IMG/VR virus record: IMGVR_UViG_3300007734_000737 | Location: 1 to 61,134 of that record | Source: a virus | Taxonomy: Duplodnaviria; Caudoviricetes | DNA: 61,134 nucleotides | Reading direction: 5' to 3' (one strand) | Shown: one piece after another, positions 27,870 through 40,900 of the stretch | How positions within the stretch are numbered: position 1 is the stretch's first letter | How the letters are laid out: each line of letters opens with the position of its first letter | Translations under genes and position numbers: made by a program | Notes under the pieces: model-generated | Databases searched by the model: none | What the model saw: only the letters and a program-made list of their open reading frames with translations | Told to the model about the DNA's origin: nothing

Positions 27870-29639
27870 ATGACAGGAGAAAAAGATTCAACAACACCGG
27901 GTGGTACTTCATTTGTTAAAGATATAGAAAAAGCGGTATTCTCTAATTTTAATAATATTGGCCAAATAATGGTAAAAATGGATTCGGCAGCAAGTCAAAT
28001 GCTTAAACAGTTCGGTCAAGGTCAAGAAATGGCTGAATTGTTACGAGCAAGTATGTCCGATTCTGTTACTTCTGTTAGAAGATTAGGTGGAGATATTGCG
28101 GATGTTCTTGCAGTTCAAAAAGATGCGTCTAAAGAATTAGGTAGAAATGTTGTATTAACTGAAGAAACTACTAAAGATTTATATGCAACAATGAAAGTTA
28201 CGAATCAAGAGACAAGTAAAATAGTTGGTGGTATGGCTGATGCGGGTATTGGTGCGGGAAAGGCAGCAGATGAAATGTTAAAAGTTGTTAATGTTGCAAG
28301 AGAGTCAGGTGTAAATGCTCAAGCGGTTTCTAAAACAGTTTTGGATAATATGCAGGCTCTTAACAAATATAATTTTGCCGGTGGTGTTGAAGGTTTAGCT
28401 AAAATGGCGGCACAGGCAACATCATTACGAATTGATATGTCTCAGACATTAGGATTCGCTGAAAAAGTATTTAATCCTGAAGGTGCTATAGAAGTTGCTG
28501 CGGCAATGCAAAGATTAGGGGTTTCCCAAAGTTCATTATTAGACCCATTAAAATTAATGGATTTATCTCAAAATGACCCGGCTGAATTACAAAATCAAAT
28601 TGTTCAAATGAGTAAACAATTTGTTCAACTTGGTAAAGATGGGCATTTTGAAATTATGCCGGGTGCCAAACGACAATTAAGAGAAATATCTAAAGCTATG
28701 GATATTCCTTATGACCAACTTACCAAAATGGCGTTAGGTAGTGCGGATTTAGATAAAAAGATGAAAGAAATTTCATTCCCTTCCGCAACTGAAGACCAAA
28801 AGAAAATGATTGCCAATATGGCAGAAATGGGTAAAGGGGGAACTTATCAAATTAAAACCGCTGATAATGTAACTAAAGATGTTAGTGAATTAACAGGTCC
28901 TGAAATTGAAGCTCTTGAAAAAATGGCAAATACCGCACCACCAACAATGGAGGAATTAGCTAAACAACAATTAACCGCGACAGAGGCGATTACTGCAGCT
29001 ATTAATAGTTTAGGTGATAGAACAGGTTTAGGTATCGCTGGTAGTAAAATTGGTACAGGACTTTACAATACAGGTAAACAAGTTGCCAAGGGAATTGAAA
29101 AAATACCTGGTGAAGGGTTAGAATCAAAAAACATTCGTTCAAACTTAAATCAACTTTCAGATTCAGTTATGGGAGCTCTTAAAGATTATGCAAATACTGG
29201 TCAGGAATCTTCAAAATTAGGTGAGGCTTTTAGCGATTTTGGTAATTATATTAAAAAAGATGTAAAAGATTCTTTTATGAATTTAAAAGACCAAGCAAGT
29301 AAATTTACAACAGAAAATCCTTTAATGTCAGCATTGATGGACGCTGGAAAAGTTGTTATGGGTGCACCACCAAAAAATGCTGAGATACCAAGAGGTGGTG
29401 TGGGAACAAATAGTATGAATGGTACTCAAACATCAACTCAAGCATCAACACAGAAATCAACAATGGATGTTAATTTAAATCATACAATTAACATTACCTC
29501 ACCCTCTGGTATAGATACAAAATCACTTCAGGACTCATTAAATAATACTGATGTTAAAAATAAAATAGTTAAAATAGTTCAAGATACGTTGTCAGATACT
29601 ATTAGTAGACCTATTCCTAGTAAAAATGAACCTCGTTAA
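27870..29639 (+). CDS. Tape measure protein
   Basis: Ala/Met/Gln-rich helical 589-aa protein directly after the tube and chaperone genes. Confidence 0.75.
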   Translation: MTGEKDSTTPGGTSFVKDIEKAVFSNFNNIGQIMVKMDSAASQMLKQFGQGQEMAELLRASMSDSVTSVRRLGGDIADVLAVQKDASKELGRNVVLTEETTKDLYATMKVTNQETSKIVGGMADAGIGAGKAADEMLKVVNVARESGVNAQAVSKTVLDNMQALNKYNFAGGVEGLAKMAAQATSLRIDMSQTLGFAEKVFNPEGAIEVAAAMQRLGVSQSSLLDPLKLMDLSQNDPAELQNQIVQMSKQFVQLGKDGHFEIMPGAKRQLREISKAMDIPYDQLTKMALGSADLDKKMKEISFPSATEDQKKMIANMAEMGKGGTYQIKTADNVTKDVSELTGPEIEALEKMANTAPPTMEELAKQQLTATEAITAAINSLGDRTGLGIAGSKIGTGLYNTGKQVAKGIEKIPGEGLESKNIRSNLNQLSDSVMGALKDYANTGQESSKLGEAFSDFGNYIKKDVKDSFMNLKDQASKFTTENPLMSALMDAGKVVMGAPPKNAEIPRGGVGTNSMNGTQTSTQASTQKSTMDVNLNHTINITSPSGIDTKSLQDSLNNTDVKNKIVKIVQDTLSDTISRPIPSKNEPR

Positions 29640-29679
29640 AAAAAGGTTCTTAATCTATTTATTATAAAAGAAAGAAAAT

Positions 29680-32600
29680 ATGTCAAATAGTACATTATCA
29701 TTTGCGTCATCATCATCATTTAGAGATATTTTAATGGCTAAAAATTTGGCCCCCTATAATGTTGCCGGAGTATATTCACCACCTGTTAGTAATTTAACTT
29801 ATGAAACGGTTTTAAATGTTTCAAATGTGATAGATTCACCAAATGAATTAATTGCTAATGACCCATTTGCAAATCAATTATACCCATTAAATGAATACGG
29901 ACCTAACGGAGGGTATGATTTAAATATAAATTACAATAATCCCCCACTTCCGGTTAATTCAAATCAAGGTGAGTATTCTCCTAATGATACTGTATTGGAT
30001 ATTGTTAACGAGTTTTTTATTGATGCGGCTTATATAGATAATTACTATGGTCCTGTTGGAGGGTTTAATGATATGTATGGGGTTACTACTACAATATTAG
30101 GACAACCAATACATCAACCTTATTTACCGACAAATTTTATACCGTCAAAATATTCCCCATATGCTATTTTATTGTCTACAAATCCAACGGGTAGTGATGG
30201 TTCATTATCTCAGGATTCCTATTTAGCAAGATTAGGAGCAACATATTTAAATCAGTTATTTCAAGATAGAATTAACAGAGAAATTTTTATTAACACTGTT
30301 GGACAAGTTAATTTACAATCATTACAAGACCCTTTTGAGGCTAGTTTAATTGTAACCGGACAAGAACCTTTAATTTATAAAAATTGGAAGATTACGTCAC
30401 CGGAAAACCCTATTGCGGCAGCGGCTGACTTAATTACAAGATTAGGTGGAGCGTATTGGCCCGTTTCTTTAATCCCTGGTGATTATTTTACTGACAATAC
30501 AAGAAATGGTCAAACACAACAAACCTCAAATGCGTTAAATGTTGTTAATCAATTAACCGGTGGTTTTTTAGGTCCTATATTAAATAGTAAAAGAAATCCT
30601 TCTGAAATATTTTTAGCAAACACTGGTAACGGACAAAGGTCAGTATTATTTAAAAATATTAATTATAACCGTTACCAACCAAACTATAAAAAAGATTATG
30701 GTGGGTTATTGGGTATTGGACAAGCAATTGTTGGTTTAATAAACCCTGATAATGGAACTTTAGTTGGTGGTTATTATGTTGGTAGTAGAAATGCGGAACC
30801 ATCAACAATAACTTCACCTCCAAATCAAGTTCCTGTTAATGCCTTTGGACAACAAGAACAAGTTCCGGTATATGGGCCATCTGAGATGGGTATTTTATTT
30901 GAGGGTAACCAAGATACTCTTAAATTTGGTTTAGCAGCAAAACCATTAAGTGATGGTGGTGGTATTGATGGTCAATTTGTTTGGACATCACCAAAATATA
31001 AACCAAATGCTGGTTTTCACGCAACTCCGGGTGGTGGTTCAGGTTCGGCTGATGGAGAATATAATTTAATTAGTGGTAACTATACTCGTGATGAATCAAC
31101 TAATTTTACCTTTAAAAAAACATCTATTTTAGATGAAACGCAAAGATTAGTTAATTCTGCGGATAATGTTCAAGGTATCTCAAGATTAAAACACGTTGGT
31201 AATGCTATTAACCAAGTTAGTAAAGTATTTCACGATGGATATAAAGAAATGACTAAAGGTTCCCAAGTTGTATCTTATACTGACCAAACAACAGGTGGTG
31301 AAGCGGGTATTGAATATTGCAGAGTTTTTACTAAAGATACACCATACTACACTTATAATGATTTACAAAAAACTGATGGTATAACAACAAGTGGAAGACA
31401 ATATGCGGGTTCAGTTTTTGATAATACATTTAATTTAAACATTTCACCAACAAGAAATCCGGGGTCAACAAATATTATTGCTGACGGTCCAAACGGAATT
31501 GGTGGGTATGCTAAAAAATATATGTTCTCAATTGAGAATTTGGCTTGGAGAACATCAAGTAAGCAAGGATTTACTTATGATGAATTACCTGTTTGTGAGA
31601 AAGGTCCAAATGGGGGTAGAGTTATGTGGTTTCCACCATATGATATTAAATTCACCGATAATAGTAATGCTAACTGGTCTGAAACTTCATTTTTAGGTAG
31701 ACCGGAACCAATTTATACATATAAAGATACTCGAAGAATTGGAACATTAAGTTGGAAAATAATTGTTGACCATCCATCGGTTATGAATGTTCTTGTTGAA
31801 AAACAATTGAAAGGTCAAAACAAAGAGAGAATAAATTCAATAATTGATTCATTTTTTGCGGGTTGTGTTAAGTATGATATCTATGAATTGGCTAAAAAGT
31901 TTAATACGGTTCCGACTAAAGATTTATATACTTACCAACAAATATTAAATAATCCTAATTTAGATAGTAATACTGCAAAGGCTGTTATTAATAGTTTGCC
32001 AAGAAATGCAACAGTTGCAACTGAAACTAGTCCTGGTAATTCATCGGATAAACAAAATCCTGATTTATCGGTTGCACATTTGTTAGATAGCTATATAAAT
32101 TTAGGTTTTTATTTTGATAATGATATTCCGGGCCCACACACTAAAAAAGACCCAATTCCCAACTCAACATATAAATCGGATTATGATGCTTATACAAGTA
32201 GTAGTAATCAAGACACATATGTTGATAAATCAAGTAAATTATTTGCGGCAAAAAACCCAAATCTTAATGTTAAACCATTTTTTAGTAATGTTGTTGTAGA
32301 TAATTTTAATAAAATTAATACTGGTTTTATTGAGGATGCTTTTAAAATTTTAAGTGAAAATAAAGGTATTATTAAAATATCTTTAGCTAGTTCTGCTTCA
32401 GCGCCAGCACAAGATGACTACAATGTTACATTATCAGTTAGAAGAAAAAATTCTGTGATAGAGTATTTAAAAACAACTAAATTAAAACCTTTTATTACCG
32501 AAAAAAAGACATTAATTTTTGAAGGTAATACGACTAATGGTGAAATTGAAACAATTTCATTTCCAAAAACTGCGGATGGGGTTTTTGGTTCATCGGTTGA

Positions 32601-34614
32601 TTGTCATCAAGATATTAAATCTTCAACAAATACCTCAGCATCTAATAAATTGGCTCAAGTTTATTCCGTTGCGGCAATGGCTTGTAGACGAGTTGTTTTT
32701 AAAAATATTGTTGTTACTGACGTACCATCGGACAAACCGGTTGAACCAATTATAAAAGATGAACCAAAACAAACAATATCAGAACAAAAAGAACCGGTAA
32801 AACCAAAACCGGAATATAGAACTGAAAAAACAATTAAAGAAGGTATTAGTAAACTAATTTTAAGAAAATTATTATCTGAATGTGATTATTTTGATGTGAT
32901 TAAGAAAGAGGTTCCTATGTTATATGATTCAATTCAGGAAAAAATTAAATATTTTAACCCTGTGTTTCACTCTATGACACCAGAAGGGTTAAACTCTAGA
33001 TTAACATTCTTAAATCAATGTGTTAGACCTGGTGAAACAATTCCTGTTATTGGTGATAAAGGTCAGATAGTTGCTAATGACGCGTTAAATACATCATTTG
33101 GTGCTCCACCTGTATTAGTATTAAGAATCGGTGATTTTTATAATTGTAAAATAATACCTAAAGCGGTTTCGTTTAGTTATGAACCTTTAGTTTTTGATAT
33201 GAACCCTGAGGGTATTGGTATCCAACCAATGATTGCTAATGTATCTATGAATTTTGATATTATTGGTGGTATGGGTCTTGAAAAACCGGTTGAAGAATTA
33301 CAAAACGCTTTATCATTCAATTACTATGCAAACACTGAAATTTATGACGAAAGAGCTAAGGCGACCGATGATAGTTGGAAAAAATTAGATAAACAATATT
33401 TCCAATCATTAATTGATGAACAACCACCGGTTACAAAAGTTGATAACCAACAAACAAATACTGCGGGAGAAACTATTGGTCAAATACAAACAACCGTTAA
33501 CGGAGCTAGTGGTCAAACGGGTGATATTACCTATATGAAAATTATGGATAGTTTATTGGATGTTAGTAAAGGATATCTTGTGAATATTGTTAATCAATAT
33601 GAGAGTACAGTTAAATCATATAATAGTGGTATTTGGGAATTAATGACTCAAGAAAGACAATATCTTGATGGTGAATTTAATATGGGAACTTCTAGCGAAT
33701 TAGTGACAATTTATGGTAAATCGGTTTATCAGTTAAAAGTTGATGAATTATTTTCGGGGTTAATAAATGACATTTCAAGTGGAACTAATTTTATTATTGC
33801 GGGACTAAACCAAGTTTTTACTGATGTTAAAGCGGTTAGAAGTGTAACAACTAATTTAACAAATTATATCAATACATTAAAAGGTGATTTTAGTAATGGT
33901 ATTGAGGAAATTAGTAATAACATTGTTCAACAAGAACAAGATATGGTTCAAGTTTTTAGAAAAATTAATTATGTAACAACATTATCTGATGGTGTAATAA
34001 TTGATAATAAACCTAAAATATACACATTAAAAGCAACTGAAGAAGTTAATACCTCCGGAGCTCAAATACAAAGTGATACATTCCAAGAATTGATATTTGA
34101 CTATCATTTAGTTGGTCGTAGAATGGATGATTATAATAGAGTTTTAAGTAGTACTGATTATAACATTATTGGTGATAAATACACGGAACCGGGAGGATTT
34201 ACATCTGCAATATTTTCAAGTTTAACAGATAAAAGATTTTTTATGGTTATGGCTCAAATATTCAATAAAAAAAGTGATTTTAACACATTTAAGTCGGCAA
34301 TTATAACTAATGAATTAGATAACACATATGATGGTCTATCTAAACAATTTAATAAAATTGTTGATAATTTTAGAAAAAATGTCATAGAAGAGTTAGAATC
34401 TGAAGAAAAAAATATCAAAACTTTAAAAAAATCCCCTGAATATGTTACTTGGACTAAATCAGACATTTATAATAAAGGAAAAGTTCGTAAATTTACTTAT
34501 ACAACAGAACCTTCACCGGAAAACGCTACTCAAAATAGTGATTTATTATTGTTGTATAATGGTAATAACGGTGGTGATAAAACAATTTGGACGGATAAAA
34601 CTCAATTTAATTAA
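29680..34614 (+). CDS. Large baseplate/tail-tube-initiator protein (gp48/gp54-like) with inserted OmpA-like domain
   Basis: WFPPYDIKFTD...W....FLGRPEPIYTY...R..TLSW and APPVLVLRIGD...PMIANVSMNF tube-initiator halves flank FYFDND...SAS...YN..LS.RR..SV...GE...RRV (OmpA_C-like). Confidence 0.62.
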   Translation: MSNSTLSFASSSSFRDILMAKNLAPYNVAGVYSPPVSNLTYETVLNVSNVIDSPNELIANDPFANQLYPLNEYGPNGGYDLNINYNNPPLPVNSNQGEYSPNDTVLDIVNEFFIDAAYIDNYYGPVGGFNDMYGVTTTILGQPIHQPYLPTNFIPSKYSPYAILLSTNPTGSDGSLSQDSYLARLGATYLNQLFQDRINREIFINTVGQVNLQSLQDPFEASLIVTGQEPLIYKNWKITSPENPIAAAADLITRLGGAYWPVSLIPGDYFTDNTRNGQTQQTSNALNVVNQLTGGFLGPILNSKRNPSEIFLANTGNGQRSVLFKNINYNRYQPNYKKDYGGLLGIGQAIVGLINPDNGTLVGGYYVGSRNAEPSTITSPPNQVPVNAFGQQEQVPVYGPSEMGILFEGNQDTLKFGLAAKPLSDGGGIDGQFVWTSPKYKPNAGFHATPGGGSGSADGEYNLISGNYTRDESTNFTFKKTSILDETQRLVNSADNVQGISRLKHVGNAINQVSKVFHDGYKEMTKGSQVVSYTDQTTGGEAGIEYCRVFTKDTPYYTYNDLQKTDGITTSGRQYAGSVFDNTFNLNISPTRNPGSTNIIADGPNGIGGYAKKYMFSIENLAWRTSSKQGFTYDELPVCEKGPNGGRVMWFPPYDIKFTDNSNANWSETSFLGRPEPIYTYKDTRRIGTLSWKIIVDHPSVMNVLVEKQLKGQNKERINSIIDSFFAGCVKYDIYELAKKFNTVPTKDLYTYQQILNNPNLDSNTAKAVINSLPRNATVATETSPGNSSDKQNPDLSVAHLLDSYINLGFYFDNDIPGPHTKKDPIPNSTYKSDYDAYTSSSNQDTYVDKSSKLFAAKNPNLNVKPFFSNVVVDNFNKINTGFIEDAFKILSENKGIIKISLASSASAPAQDDYNVTLSVRRKNSVIEYLKTTKLKPFITEKKTLIFEGNTTNGEIETISFPKTADGVFGSSVDCHQDIKSSTNTSASNKLAQVYSVAAMACRRVVFKNIVVTDVPSDKPVEPIIKDEPKQTISEQKEPVKPKPEYRTEKTIKEGISKLILRKLLSECDYFDVIKKEVPMLYDSIQEKIKYFNPVFHSMTPEGLNSRLTFLNQCVRPGETIPVIGDKGQIVANDALNTSFGAPPVLVLRIGDFYNCKIIPKAVSFSYEPLVFDMNPEGIGIQPMIANVSMNFDIIGGMGLEKPVEELQNALSFNYYANTEIYDERAKATDDSWKKLDKQYFQSLIDEQPPVTKVDNQQTNTAGETIGQIQTTVNGASGQTGDITYMKIMDSLLDVSKGYLVNIVNQYESTVKSYNSGIWELMTQERQYLDGEFNMGTSSELVTIYGKSVYQLKVDELFSGLINDISSGTNFIIAGLNQVFTDVKAVRSVTTNLTNYINTLKGDFSNGIEEISNNIVQQEQDMVQVFRKINYVTTLSDGVIIDNKPKIYTLKATEEVNTSGAQIQSDTFQELIFDYHLVGRRMDDYNRVLSSTDYNIIGDKYTEPGGFTSAIFSSLTDKRFFMVMAQIFNKKSDFNTFKSAIITNELDNTYDGLSKQFNKIVDNFRKNVIEELESEEKNIKTLKKSPEYVTWTKSDIYNKGKVRKFTYTTEPSPENATQNSDLLLLYNGNNGGDKTIWTDKTQFN

Positions 34615-34616
34615 AA

Positions 34617-34943
34617 ATGAATAATAGACAAAATTATAATAGATATAATCAATTTTTATTAAATGGGGAACAAAGCGTTGTCCCATACATTTCTATTTCA
34701 AGTAAATCGTCAGATAAAAGGTATATTTACAAAGTTGGGCAATCTAGATTGGATAAAATATCACAACAATACTATGGAACCCCAACATTTGGATGGTTAA
34801 TATTGGCCGCTAATCCAATATTTGGTGGGAATGAATGGTCTATACCGGATGCGGCTATATTGACAATCCCATTTCCATTAGTATCATCTTTACAAGAATA
34901 TAAATCTCAATTAGACAATCATTTCTATTATTATGGTAGATAA
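34617..34943 (+). CDS. LysM-like baseplate wedge protein (gp53/P2 gpX-like)
   Basis: RLDKISQQYYGTPTFGWLILAANP...LTIP. Confidence 0.8.
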   Translation: MNNRQNYNRYNQFLLNGEQSVVPYISISSKSSDKRYIYKVGQSRLDKISQQYYGTPTFGWLILAANPIFGGNEWSIPDAAILTIPFPLVSSLQEYKSQLDNHFYYYGR

Positions 34944-37900
34944 AACCGAAAATATATTAGTCGAATTCGACTACAACAACATAACAATTATTGACCCAAA
35001 CAAAGTTGTTGATAGTGATAATAAAGTAAGGGATAGGAATGTTAGACAAGAGGACTTGGTAATGTATGCCAATCTTGAGTGTAGTGTATTACCAAGAACT
35101 AAACTTGCTATTGGTACGGCAAACAATGATTCTATTAGAACTATATCAATTGCTAAAATTAACTTTTTAAAACCGGGTGATAAGGCTTATTTAGATAATT
35201 CTTATACTGATGAGTTAACCGGTAAAGATGCTATAAAAGGTGAAGGGGTTAATCAACCCACATTTAATAGTGTTGTTAATCCTAATAATAGTGATGACTT
35301 TTATCTTAAACAAACTATTAGTTCAGGAGGTAAACAGGGTTCCACAGACAATGGACTATTAGGTATTACCTCAATTAACATTAGACAAGGATTAGATTTT
35401 TTACCAACAATTGATATTAGATTAGTTGATGTTAAAGGTCGTGCATTATTTGAGGCGGGGGATAATTCTCCTTACGCGGCATTTTTTAATTTACCATATC
35501 CATTATTTCATTTAACAATTAAAGGTTATTTTGGTAAAGCGGTTAGATTAGGGTTAATGTTACAAAATTTTACAACCACATATAACGCGGAGACGGCTAA
35601 TTTTACAGTTGATTTAAAATTCTATACATACAAATATACTGTGTTAAGTGATGTGACAATGGCGGCTCTTTTAGCCACCCCACATATGTATCAATCAAGA
35701 TTTAATATTAGTCAAACTAGTGGTGGTCCAAGTAAAACAACAAAAACAGATAGTGTAGTTATTGAACGAGGTTATCAGAAAATAAGAGAAATGTATAGTG
35801 AATATAAATCTAAAGGTTTAATTCCAAATGATTTCCCGGAAATTACATTAATGCAATTAAAAGATAAACTTGAGAATTTTATAAAAGATATTCTTGATTC
35901 ATTTATCCAACAAAATTTAGACCCTTTAACTAATTTAGACACTTATAATAGTCAATTAATGGATTATCAGAAAGAAGTGTTTTACACCTTAAAAGTTTCT
36001 TGGTTTAATGAATTTATGGATAATGAAAATTATTACATTAAAAATAAAACAGGTCAAAAAATATACACATTTAAGAAAAATTTAGATGCTCAAAAGAAAA
36101 ATGATGCAATATCTAAATTAAAAGGGTTAATTTCTAAATATAATACCTTACTTAATAATAATGCTACTTGTGGTAATGTTAATGGTAAGGGTAGTTATAC
36201 GATTAATGGTAAAGTTGTTAAATGTTCAATACCTAATAGTATAACATATGAAAATGTTTTTCCAATAAATATCACATCTGACGATATTGATTTAACTGAA
36301 ACTTATAAATTACAAAGAAAAAATAGTCAATCTACACCGGAAGATTTGGTAAAATTTAAAGGTGAGTTAGACAATCAAAAATTGTTTGAAAATACGACGG
36401 TAACACTTAAAAATGGAGCTAAACAAGTTGTGTCTAATTACTTTGTATTTGAAGGTACCAATTCATTTATTGATTTAATTGATAGAATGGGTAAAGATTT
36501 AAAAACTAAAAGAAATGAAATTGAAGATGCTTTAACTAAAGCACTTGCTGAATTATTAGAAAATAAAGAAAATGGTATTGGATTTGTTCCAACTATGAGA
36601 AATGTCTTGGCCGTTGTTTTTGCAAATGGTGAAGCGTTCTTACGTTTATTAGATGAGGTTCATACCAAGGCTTGGGAACAAAGAGATAGTAAAATTAGAA
36701 AGGGTGTAATTTTTAATCAACAAATTGCTAACGCAAGTGCGGATAATAAAAGTTCCGGTGATGATAAAAATCAACCGGTATATCCTTGGCCTCAAGTTAT
36801 TAAAGAAACTCCGGGTGAAAAAGGACAAGAAAAATATGAATTAAGATATCCTGGTGATAGTGATATTATTGGTGAAACAAAAGGTTACTTATATGATGTT
36901 TGGCCTGAGATTGAGTTTGTTGAAGAATTTATCAATGGGATGACTCAAAAAACACCGCCACCACCCCCATTAACAAAAATATCAAATTCAGTAACAGAAC
37001 CAAATAGAGTGTCTTTAGGGGCAATTGAGTTTCCTGCTAAAAACGAGATTTTTGAAAATAAAGTTGTTAGTAAATACCTTTATGAAGTATATGAAAGAAC
37101 ATTATTAACTTCTCATTATTCAAAATTAGACAGGTCAAATAATTTAACCTCAGATGCTGATAAAGTTTCAAACGTTATTAGTGAAGGGGAATCTATTAAT
37201 ATTACTAATAGTTTGTCAGATAACAGTGATGTTGAATTAATTAAAACTTTAAAAACATATAACTTAAGTTCTGCTAATTTTGAAAATGTATTAAAACATA
37301 TATCAAATGAGGGAGTTTCTATGAGTTGGCAAAATTATATACGAGGAATTTTTAACACTGGTTATATTAAAAACACAGTTGAAAACGCACCGTTTAAATT
37401 TATTAGTAAAAAAGAAATTGATTCATCGTTATCCCAACCATTAGTTTCATTAAATAATGAAGCTGACATAGTTAATTATATTTCAACATCAACAACTTCT
37501 AATAAATATGATTTTACCGATACATATCCATTTACTGATAAAACTTGGGTAAAGAATAATTTAGCTAATGGAATTTCAACTGATGAGTTATTGGCTTTTA
37601 ACACAACTAAAACATTATTGTATAATTCAACTAAAAAAGTTGTTTCAAATTTTAGTGATGGTCAATCTCAAGATATTAAAAAACCAATTACTAATTTTGT
37701 TTATAAAAATATTGTAACGCCAACAATTATTGATAATGATTTACGAAATTTTTATGCAAGTAGAACATATACTAATCAATTACCTACAGAAGGGGATGTT
37801 AAGTATTTAAATTATAGTGGTCTTGTTAGTAATTATCAAACAACATCAATTTTAAATACACCATATTTTATAAACGCAATTCAAGAAGGTGTTGAAAATT

Positions 37901-40900
37901 CTAAAAATGGTGTTACTAATCCTTATATTAGTGCTGCTTACTTGTTTATTAATAGCTTACCTTTATCAACATTAAGAGAAAAATATAAAAATTACACAGG
38001 TAATCAGTCAGTTTATTCAGATGAGAGTTTAGATTATATATTTGCCTCTATGAAGAAATTTGCGGCGGTTCATAAAGTTCCATATGCTTGGGTATTAAAA
38101 ATAGGTTCTATTTGGCATCGTTATAAAAAATATGTTAATACTAATGTTGATATTTTAGATAATTGTTGGAAAAATTTTGATTATGTTAAAAATTATGACC
38201 CGGTTAGTGGTAAACCATCAACAGTGTATAATTTTACAATTCCGGGTCAAGTTTCTGCAACGACAATGGTTTTAGAAACAACAAACATAATTCCAACATT
38301 CTCAATTCCAATGGGGGCAACTAACGTTCAAACAATAATTAATACAGGATTTTATCCTAAATTAATTAACGATTTTAATGTTTTTTATCAAGGATATAAT
38401 GTTTATACCGGTTATACAAGTGCGGACATTCAAAAAGGTTTTAATGACGGTATATTATTAAATTATGTACCTGAATCGGTTATAAATAATGTTATAGGTA
38501 CCACAACTGGAAATAGTAGAACAACTTCGGTGATTCCTTGGTCTGTTTCTATTGTTGCGGATTACGGTCAATATATTTATGTTTTACCTTCTCACGGGTC
38601 ATTAATTAACCAAACAAAAGATGAATGTTTTGATAAAACAAATAATTTAGTTTATCAAGTTTCAGGTAATACATCAATGTATAATGGGTCTGCTAGATTA
38701 TTTTGGTCAGCACCTAATTATGGGTATTTTGATAATAGTAAAGTGATTAAACCGGACCCTATTCGTTATTTAAAACAAGTTTGGAATGGACAAAGTGACC
38801 AAGAAAATTTCTCAATTAATGGAGTGTTGTCAGATTACACAAAAATGAGTGAAATATTTTCGGTTTTTGATAGAAACTCTTTAGATGAGTTTGAAAAAGA
38901 ATTTTTAAATTTTTCAATTTCAGTTTATGATTATGAGGTGGATACCGACCCTGTAATTACTAATACTCAAAAATCATTTAAAAATTTTCAATCATTGATG
39001 AGAAATATGATGAAAATAACTAATACATCAACAAATAATGAAGAATGGGTTAAAAATGTTCAAGAGAAACAATTAACAAATATTTCTAATATAATTTCTC
39101 AATTTTTAAATTATGACTATTATTTTAAATTAGGTAATCCTTCATCATTTAACAAACAATTATTCTATACTTTTACAAGTAATTATTCTATAGAAACAAA
39201 TAAATATTATATTGCAACACCGGTTACTTGGGATTATTATAATTATACTACACCAAATTCATTACCGTCAGGGACAACACAAAATAATTCAATCAGTAAT
39301 TATCCATTAGAGTGGAAAGCTTTAGAAACCTATGTTGGTTTTTCTGAAATACCCGAACTAACTTATAAAGATAGTGGTTCATATATTACAGATTTTTTCA
39401 TAGATTGTAATGTGGCGTTTGATGTGTATAATATTGAAAAATTGGCCCCAATAATTAAGATATATGCGACTCAAAAATTAAAAGACAAAACTTTAAATTA
39501 TAAAAAGTTTGTTAAATTAATGGATGGGTATTTAGAAAATTTAGATTCTTTTAATGATAGAATTATTAATAACACAATCCTTAAAATACAAAAAGCGTTA
39601 CCTAATGTTGATTTTACACCTCAAAAAAAACCTGAAACAGTTTTGGAGAGTAAACAAACAAAACTTGAATTGTGGGAATCATTTAAGGCGACTAATGATA
39701 AATGGATTTCGGGAACTGACTTTAAAGAAAAAACTTTATTTGAAGATATTTTATTGTTGGATAGGGCTAGTAGGGATGTTGGTAATTTGATTTTAGTTGA
39801 TGTTTCAAAATTAAAAGATAATTTAACAACAATTAATCCTGCTACAACAATGTTAGTATATGTTCAAACAATATTAGTTGAAAATAATTTTGTTGTGATG
39901 AATATACCGTCATATGTTAATTTTTACAATGTGCAAGACGCAGTTAAAAATCCGGAACCAAAACCTGAGGGGACTTTAGAATTTGCAAACACGTTATTTG
40001 GTACATTTATGAGTGTTGATTATAGAAATTCATCAGCAAAGATGGTTTGTTTTTACGCGGGAAAACCAAGCGAACAATTGGATTTAAAAGAGAATGTTGA
40101 TTATCGTTATAGAAATGATGCGTTTGATTTAAGACGTGTTGACAACCCATTAGTGGAAAATCAAATAGGTAAAAACGATTGGGATAAATCAAATAAAGTC
40201 GTTGGATTTAATGTTGATATTGGACCACAAAATCAATCAATATTTCAAGGGTTTAATGTTAGTCAAAATCCGGGATTAGCAACTGCGGAATCATTAGAGG
40301 TTTTAAATAAACTGGCTAATCAATCAAATAGTAGAAAGGAGTCAACTCAAAGTAACTCATTATATAATTTATATAAAAATAGAAGTTATACCTGTCAAGT
40401 TACTATGATGGGTAATGCTATGATACAACCTACAATGTATTTTAATTTGAGGTATGTTCCAATGTTTAGCGGACCTTATATGATACAGAGAGTAGACCAT
40501 TCAATATCACCAGGAAGTTTTCAAACAACTTTTGAAGGTATTAGACAACCAACAGCGTCTCTACCTAAAATTGATAATTATATTCAATCTCTTAAATCAA
40601 CATTATTACAAACAATTGTTGATAAAAATAAAAAAAATAAACAAGAGAAAGAAAAGGCTCTTAAACAGGCGACAACAAACACCGATATTATAAAACAAAC
40701 TAATAATAAAGTGGATGAAAATACAAAACAAGATGGGACAACTCAAAGTAATAGTCAAAATTGTAAACCTATAACTGCCAAACAAGATAAATACGGTAAG
40801 TTCACGATTACTAACGATAAATTGAGTTCTGGTGTGACATACAAAGAAGTTGTTGATTTAATATCCTCAAAAACAACAAATCAAAAATTACAATATTCGG

